The notes below the pieces were generated by a model. It worked only from the letters and a program-made list of their open reading frames with translations. It was not told where the DNA came from and ran no database searches. Source: Thermodesulfobacteriota bacterium (GTDB lineage Bacteria > Desulfobacterota > Desulfobacteria > Desulfobacterales > C00003060). From it: DNA of 64,000 bases. Below, piece by piece: positions 59,701 to 64,000 of the stretch (positions are counted from its first letter, which is position 1; every line of letters starts with the position of its first letter). The stretch is taken from assembly GCA_034189385.1 (NCBI GenBank), contig JAXHVD010000008.1, positions 32,001 through 96,000 on the forward strand. The letters are read 5' to 3'. A program made the translations under genes and the position numbers.

Positions 59701-59784
59701 CAGTACAAGGGCGACCACCACTACGAAAAAAAAACGAACCATCATCAATACTGAAGGGCCATGCCCATTTTTCACTTCAGCCAT
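56740..59784 (-). CDS. Secreted right-handed beta-helix (pectin-lyase-fold/NosD-like) protein with two PKD-like domains
   Basis: Signal peptide; two modules opening HVPKDYTTIQGAI and HVPGQYPTIQSAV; Asn ladders; LDGSASIDPNGD and LSGGDSRDPNGD; start uncertain. Confidence 0.82.
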   Translation of the reverse strand: MAEVKNGHGPSVLMMVRFFFVVVVALVLMPKAMARTIHVPKDYTTIQGAIEAAKEGDRIRVCQGTYYENVTLKEGVILEGGWNEDLSQRDVSSHVTTIDGGEKDGWVVSGANKATLDGFTITKGGRIEKEGTIIGGGIYCKSTSPTIVNNRIVANAPAGVYCDGSAAVVIDNLISNDQQIGIYAKNGSCLRIKGNVIRGNRIGISTVGKVTSQLDVRNNTLSKNKRAAIEAEAASATIYNNVIYENEGVGIRCLPTPLEIVNNTIVANGRAGIVSESPSAVPTIKNNIITHNGDAGIRAAGKGYSHNLLFANNATGGCNPRYLWCIRRQYGGYEDEESYGKLKDIIADPLYVDPAHHDYHLLPRSPAIDGGDPDEAFLDVHFGPSLGSSVNDMGAYGGPYTVAENRPSNDPPKASIGPSPQVYVGQEMTLDGSASIDPNGDETSYHWRLLSKPSQSKAELSSTDRARCRFKTDMPGDYTAELIVKDRWGKASTPERVTVSALSNRPPAAHAGEDISNVRLGDTVRLSGGDSRDPNGDALSHQWKLVFRPWGSEATLSDHNAVNATFMVDALGCYVAQLVVNDGKIDSKPDEVYISTLHYEADRKRHVPGQYPTIQSAVKAASPGDDIVVRNRIYTGDIIIDKNVNLIGIGWPVIDGGSKKGDGNAITIRDLGDRAGRIEGFVITGGGKGLRGHGINIWDSSPAIVNNKITGNLHNGVGVHGPGTLTGKTKIYKNQIYDNMIGIGNGKGSKARIYNNHIYNNRVVGVGSRGLAAPCIEGNYIYGNRIGIGVRAVASPQIKGNHIYENHFGITISPVSTVKRFAGDDIVIENNLIFSNNQGGISITSFNLSKVIIWNNTIDSNNHQAAKKEKGGGLILGYPFHAMFTASVENNIITNNKRGGIVNFTGTNVFPSSGAWVINNFNNVWNNKNDYVGCAPGDKDISMDPLFVSVPTEKNGDYYLAQQASGQPADSPCVDTGNDTAPKPDLQKRTTRTDKADDVGVVDMGYHYPKSPVP

Positions 59785-60167
59785 TGCAGTTAACCTCCAA
59801 GATGTATCCATTGGGAGGAACAGAAGATGGGCCTTTCCCTTTGCGGGTTATGGGAAGCATACCTCAGAAGGCACTATTGACGATTGATTAGTAGTGACTA
59901 GTGCAGAAAAAGCAAAATTGTTTGGCTCGTATGATGTCGAATATTCAATCCACTTATTAGTAACTCATATCAGCGGGCGCAGGGGCGACTAGGAGAGTGG
60001 TGCTTGGTCTTTGAATCCGGCTTGGACCGCCTATAGGCCAAAAGCGAAGGCCCATTCCTCTCTGCGGTGCCCGGAGGGCACCGTGTCCATGAAGACGAAG
60101 AGCACCACAGGGGACCGAGAGACCTGTCTTTTCATCGTGGTGCAGCCTACTAGTGATCGTTCGCGAC

Positions 60168-61406
60168 TTAAGGAGTAAAGAAAAACTGAAATCCTTCTAT
60201 CTTTGTTACGTGGGGGTAGGTTTCGGAATCTGTCTCAAAACACTTGCATCCCTTTTCAAATGTCAGACGCCTTTCTTTAAAGAGAATGCAACTGCGCAAC
60301 GTGGCACCACCATCATAGTCAAAACGGCCCATTCCCGTCACCATAAGGCCGGGGACATGAATGGGTTCTGCATTTGCACGATCAAAAGTATTCTCTACAC
60401 AGAACTTGAGCGTTCGGCCGTCTTGCCCAGCCTCCAGTCCTGTAATTCTAAGATACCCGAGACGGGGGTCCCTCTTAACACTATGCTGGTCAATGGTATT
60501 CTGATCAATGACGATTACATCTGGAAGATTGTCCATGGAAAACTGCTGGGTTGTTTCTGGCAGGCTGCTGGCCGTTTCCACAGGCTGTGAAAGTTCTGCC
60601 GGGGTTACGAAGAATTGTAAACCTTCTATTTTGGTGACGTGTGGGTAAACTTGGGGTTCGGTCCTGAAAACGTTCGGACCCTCCTTGATCTCCACCCGTC
60701 TTTCTTTGAGCAAAACGCAGTTGTGCAATGCCGCCCCGTCGTCATAGTCGACACGGGCCATACCACAGAGCATGATTTCACCAACGTGTATGGGTTGCCC
60801 GTTCGGTCGGCAGAAGGTGTTCTCGATGTTAAACTCAACTGTCTTACCGTCTTCAGCAACCTTCAGGCCTTTAATCTTTACATATCCGAGACGGGGATCC
60901 CTTTTGACGCCATGTTGCTCAATGGTGCTGCGGTCAATCATGATGACGTCGGGAAGACTACCGACCATAAACTGCTGGCTCGTATCTCCCGCAGTCCGTG
61001 TCCCCGTTGGTTCTGTCTTCGCTGCTGATGGTCCTTTTGGTCCTTCCCTTTTCTTTTCCGGTGAACCCATCTTTCCTTTTGGTTTTGGTCCAGCGGCCAA
61101 TTCTCTCTCCACGGCCTCTGCGCCCATTTCTTTCCTTGCTTCTTCTTCCGGTGTTTCCTTACACTCTGCTTCTTCGACAGCTGCCACTTCTTGGCTTGGT
61201 TTTGCCACTGTCGTTGTCGGCTCTGCTGACGGTGCCTTGTCTGTTTTGGGCGCAGCGGGACCTGGCTGCACGTCACTACTGCTTGTATCTGAGACATCCA
61301 CGCTAGGGCCCACCGCTCCTTTGTTCGCCCCACATCCGGACGTGCAGCCAAGTAGAATTGATGCCAAGAACAAAATGGGGATTACTGCCAAGGTTCCTTT
61401 TTTCAT
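60168..61406 (-). CDS. Hypothetical lipoprotein with a duplicated ~126-aa domain
   Basis: MKKGTLAVIPILFLASILLGC lipobox; low-complexity linker; two homologous C-terminal domains. Confidence 0.75.
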   Translation of the reverse strand: MKKGTLAVIPILFLASILLGCTSGCGANKGAVGPSVDVSDTSSSDVQPGPAAPKTDKAPSAEPTTTVAKPSQEVAAVEEAECKETPEEEARKEMGAEAVERELAAGPKPKGKMGSPEKKREGPKGPSAAKTEPTGTRTAGDTSQQFMVGSLPDVIMIDRSTIEQHGVKRDPRLGYVKIKGLKVAEDGKTVEFNIENTFCRPNGQPIHVGEIMLCGMARVDYDDGAALHNCVLLKERRVEIKEGPNVFRTEPQVYPHVTKIEGLQFFVTPAELSQPVETASSLPETTQQFSMDNLPDVIVIDQNTIDQHSVKRDPRLGYLRITGLEAGQDGRTLKFCVENTFDRANAEPIHVPGLMVTGMGRFDYDGGATLRSCILFKERRLTFEKGCKCFETDSETYPHVTKIEGFQFFFTP

Positions 61407-61942
61407 TTTAATTCGCATCCTTTCCATTTGATTTAGCGAAAGCATATCCGGATCTCGCAGCTGCCGCCCGTGAACCGGCAACATGACCTCGAGCATAGCA
61501 AGCACACAGTCTGGAGCGAGAGGTGGCAGCCAAACGTGAACTCCTCGAGTGTGGTCCAGGTACTTGCCGTTTAAAGTACCCTATGGAGATCTCTTCGAAG
61601 GGAATCTGCGGTCTTGGCTCCCTGGGGATCAACAAAGCCGAAGAACGGAACTTTTGGAAGAGGCTTCGTTAGCCGTGGAACCGCGAACGGCGGCTTCCTA
61701 CTTTTCTTCCCAACGGGCTCCCATAGCGCAAATGCCCGAAAAAGTCAAGGTAAAACGTGCATCTCCAGTCTTGCCTGTGAGCCTGCGGAGGGAGTGGGCC
61801 CGGAGCCCTCTCTGACCGATATAGCCTTGACAGATATGAGTTGATTAACGGCTTGTTTTTTGACTAAAATAGTGAGATTGGAACTGACGGCCTGGGGACA
61901 GGTCCGTCGCCGCCGTCACCTGAAGACGTTTCATAAGGGGGG

Positions 61943-63547
61943 ATGAAAGGGATGCTCAAGACTGCTTTTTCCGTGCTCCTGGTGAGCCTGGTGTTCTCCG
62001 TGGCAGGTCTGGACGCTTTTGTCTGGTCTGCGGAGAAGCAGAGGCTTGGCGCCAAAGTGAATGCGCCCTCTTTGAATGTGCTTGCCGACAAGCGCCTCCA
62101 AGACCCACTTGTGACGATTACTGACGAGTTCAGTCGCCTCACTGGATTTCCGATTTCTCTTAGCCTCCTTTCAGTCCTGAAAGTGGATGCCCTGGTGAAA
62201 AAGAAAGAGACTGAGTCTGATGTAGTCCTTTGGTTGCCCGCACCTTCCGGCAGCAAGACCTCATTGGACCTTCTTCAGGACACAAAGACAGTGGCCTGGG
62301 AATATCCTTCCATGGAGCCAGTGAAGGCCGCCGTGTTGACGATGCACCCCGAGGCGATCAGGTTTGTCCGTTTTGCCGGTGGTCCCGTTGGACATCGTCT
62401 GTGGTCTGAATCCAGTATGGGATTCACCATTACCCCCGATACGTCCGCGAAAGCTTATGAGTGGGTGGCCGAACACCGCGTCAAGCACACCTATCCCTTA
62501 ACGGCCATGCGCATGCTCGCCGAGTGTGGGGGGATACGTGACGGAATCTGCATCGATATTGGATGTGGGTTAGGCCATTTGGAGGTTGAGCTTGCCAAAC
62601 GATCCAACTTCACCATCAAGGGCCTGGACATAGATCCAGAAGCAAAACCCTTGTTTGAAAAGAGGATTCACGAGGCAGGCTTACAGGATCGTGTTTCCTT
62701 TATCCTGGGCGATGGTCAGGACATGCCCTTTCCTGACAACTATGCCGACGTGATTGTCAGCCGCGGAACATTGATCTTTATCACCGACATCGCAAAATGC
62801 CTCCGCGAGGTGGATCGCGTGCTGAAGCCCTCAGGGGTGGCTTTTCTCGGGGGACGATATACCTACACGCCTGAGCCCTGCAAAATCTCAACAGCGACGC
62901 TCAGGGGAATCGTCTACAAGTCAGGCGTTGCCGGGGCCCAGGTCATCGACGACCTGGGCCAGTGGGTCAAAATCATCGGCCCTGAAGCGCCAAGAGCGGC
63001 CCAGCAGTTTCAGGGGGGGCCCCGCATGCTTGCCAACCGATTCATCGCCGACTTCGGCATCACGAAAGGCAGAGCACTTTTGATCTGCCAACGTGACACC
63101 ACGATGCAGCAGGCAGTCCAGCAAGGATTCGTGGACATGACTGACCTGGAGATCACCGCATTGTATGCTTCTGAAGAAATGGTGGCCCAAGCCGAGAAAA
63201 GGATCCGCCAAGGGAAACTTGCCTCGCGCATCCGATGCAGGGCAGGCGGCCTCAGAGCCTTGCCGTTCAAGGATGCCTCTTTTGACCTGGTGGCCGGCGT
63301 GGGGCCCGTACTGCTCCTTGAAGAGGACCGGGAGAAGGCCATGGGTGAGATTTATCGCGTCTTGCGTCTCGGTGGCGCAGGTCTGGTGGGCGGAAAATTC
63401 CTTTACATGGCTGATGATCGCAAGGTCTCTACAGAGTCGCTGCGCCGAAACGCCGCTAGTACAGGGATCGCATCGATCCGGGTCTACGATGACGTGGGGC
63501 AGTGGGTGGAGATTCGCAAGGGGATCAGAGACGAAGACGGTCCTTAG
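61943..63547 (+). CDS. Tandem class I SAM methyltransferase domain protein with signal-like N-terminus
   Basis: IDIGCGLG, GLDID, MPFPDNYADVIVSRG, RVLKPSG; second degenerate domain LPFKDASFDLV, EIYRVLRLGG. Confidence 0.8.
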   Translation: MKGMLKTAFSVLLVSLVFSVAGLDAFVWSAEKQRLGAKVNAPSLNVLADKRLQDPLVTITDEFSRLTGFPISLSLLSVLKVDALVKKKETESDVVLWLPAPSGSKTSLDLLQDTKTVAWEYPSMEPVKAAVLTMHPEAIRFVRFAGGPVGHRLWSESSMGFTITPDTSAKAYEWVAEHRVKHTYPLTAMRMLAECGGIRDGICIDIGCGLGHLEVELAKRSNFTIKGLDIDPEAKPLFEKRIHEAGLQDRVSFILGDGQDMPFPDNYADVIVSRGTLIFITDIAKCLREVDRVLKPSGVAFLGGRYTYTPEPCKISTATLRGIVYKSGVAGAQVIDDLGQWVKIIGPEAPRAAQQFQGGPRMLANRFIADFGITKGRALLICQRDTTMQQAVQQGFVDMTDLEITALYASEEMVAQAEKRIRQGKLASRIRCRAGGLRALPFKDASFDLVAGVGPVLLLEEDREKAMGEIYRVLRLGGAGLVGGKFLYMADDRKVSTESLRRNAASTGIASIRVYDDVGQWVEIRKGIRDEDGP

Positions 63548-63626
63548 ACAAGGGGGGGCGTTAGAGGTATCTTAGCACTCACGCGAGCTGCGGCCCGTTG
63601 CTGAACAGGGAAGTGCCCATCGAATC

Positions 63627-63998
63627 ATGCTTTACAAGAATCTTGCAGATCTGGTCCTGACACTGCATTTTGCTTTTGTTCTATTTGCGATGCTCGGTGC
63701 ATTGCTGGTACTCATATGGCAGCGGTTGGCCTGGATCCATATCCCCCTTGCCCTGTGGGCAGTTATAGTGGAAATCACCGGCTGGATGTGCCCTCTCACG
63801 CCGCTCGAACATTGGCTCCGCCTGAAAGGGGGCATCCCTGTGGAGCAACTCGGGTTCGTGGAGCAGTATCTCTATCCTCTCCTTTATCCCACACCTCTCA
63901 CACGCGGATTTCAGGTGATTCTAGGTGCCGTGGTGTTGGGAGTGAACCTGTTGATTTACGGCTGGATACTCAGGAGGAGACGTAGCAGGAAGGGTTAG
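63627..63998 (+). CDS. DUF2784 family membrane protein
   Basis: LADLVLTLHFAFVLF, WMCPLTPLE, GFVEQY, LLYP. Confidence 0.88.
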   Translation: MLYKNLADLVLTLHFAFVLFAMLGALLVLIWQRLAWIHIPLALWAVIVEITGWMCPLTPLEHWLRLKGGIPVEQLGFVEQYLYPLLYPTPLTRGFQVILGAVVLGVNLLIYGWILRRRRSRKG

Positions 63999-64000
63999 AC

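Overview
A 64-kb window from an anaerobic bacterium, most likely a Desulfobacterota/deltaproteobacterial sulfate reducer or syntroph (inferred from gene content). I found no rRNA, tRNA, CRISPR array or intact transposase. From left to right: (i) a decaheme cytochrome plus a CxxCH-bearing outer-membrane protein behind a sigma-54 promoter, opposite an OrpR-like PAS(Fe-S) activator; (ii) a CoA-disulfide reductase/NADH oxidase-family gene whose catalytic Cys codon is an in-frame UGA followed by a SECIS-like hairpin, i.e. a selenoprotein that the ORF track truncates; (iii) a ~22-kb stress/dormancy island (5 USPs, Hsp20, P-type ATPase, CBS-ACT protein, APH-AAA kinase, cNMP-binding proteins, GpgS-like glycosyltransferase, porin) in which seven copies of one 26-bp motif sit 96-102 bp upstream of seven sigma-54 promoters, next to an NtrC-family two-component system; (iv) a signal-peptide-bearing fused EutB-EutC ethanolamine ammonia-lyase beside acs, tungsten-type aor with MoaD/ThiF, and exbBD-tonB; (v) housekeeping genes (nadK, fabH, NSS transporter, pncAB, archaeal-type ADH synthase/DHQ synthase II), several MITE-like elements, a candidate structured leader RNA before a cation:proton antiporter, and three unusual secreted proteins. 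Product calls come from motif recognition by eye; no database search was run.
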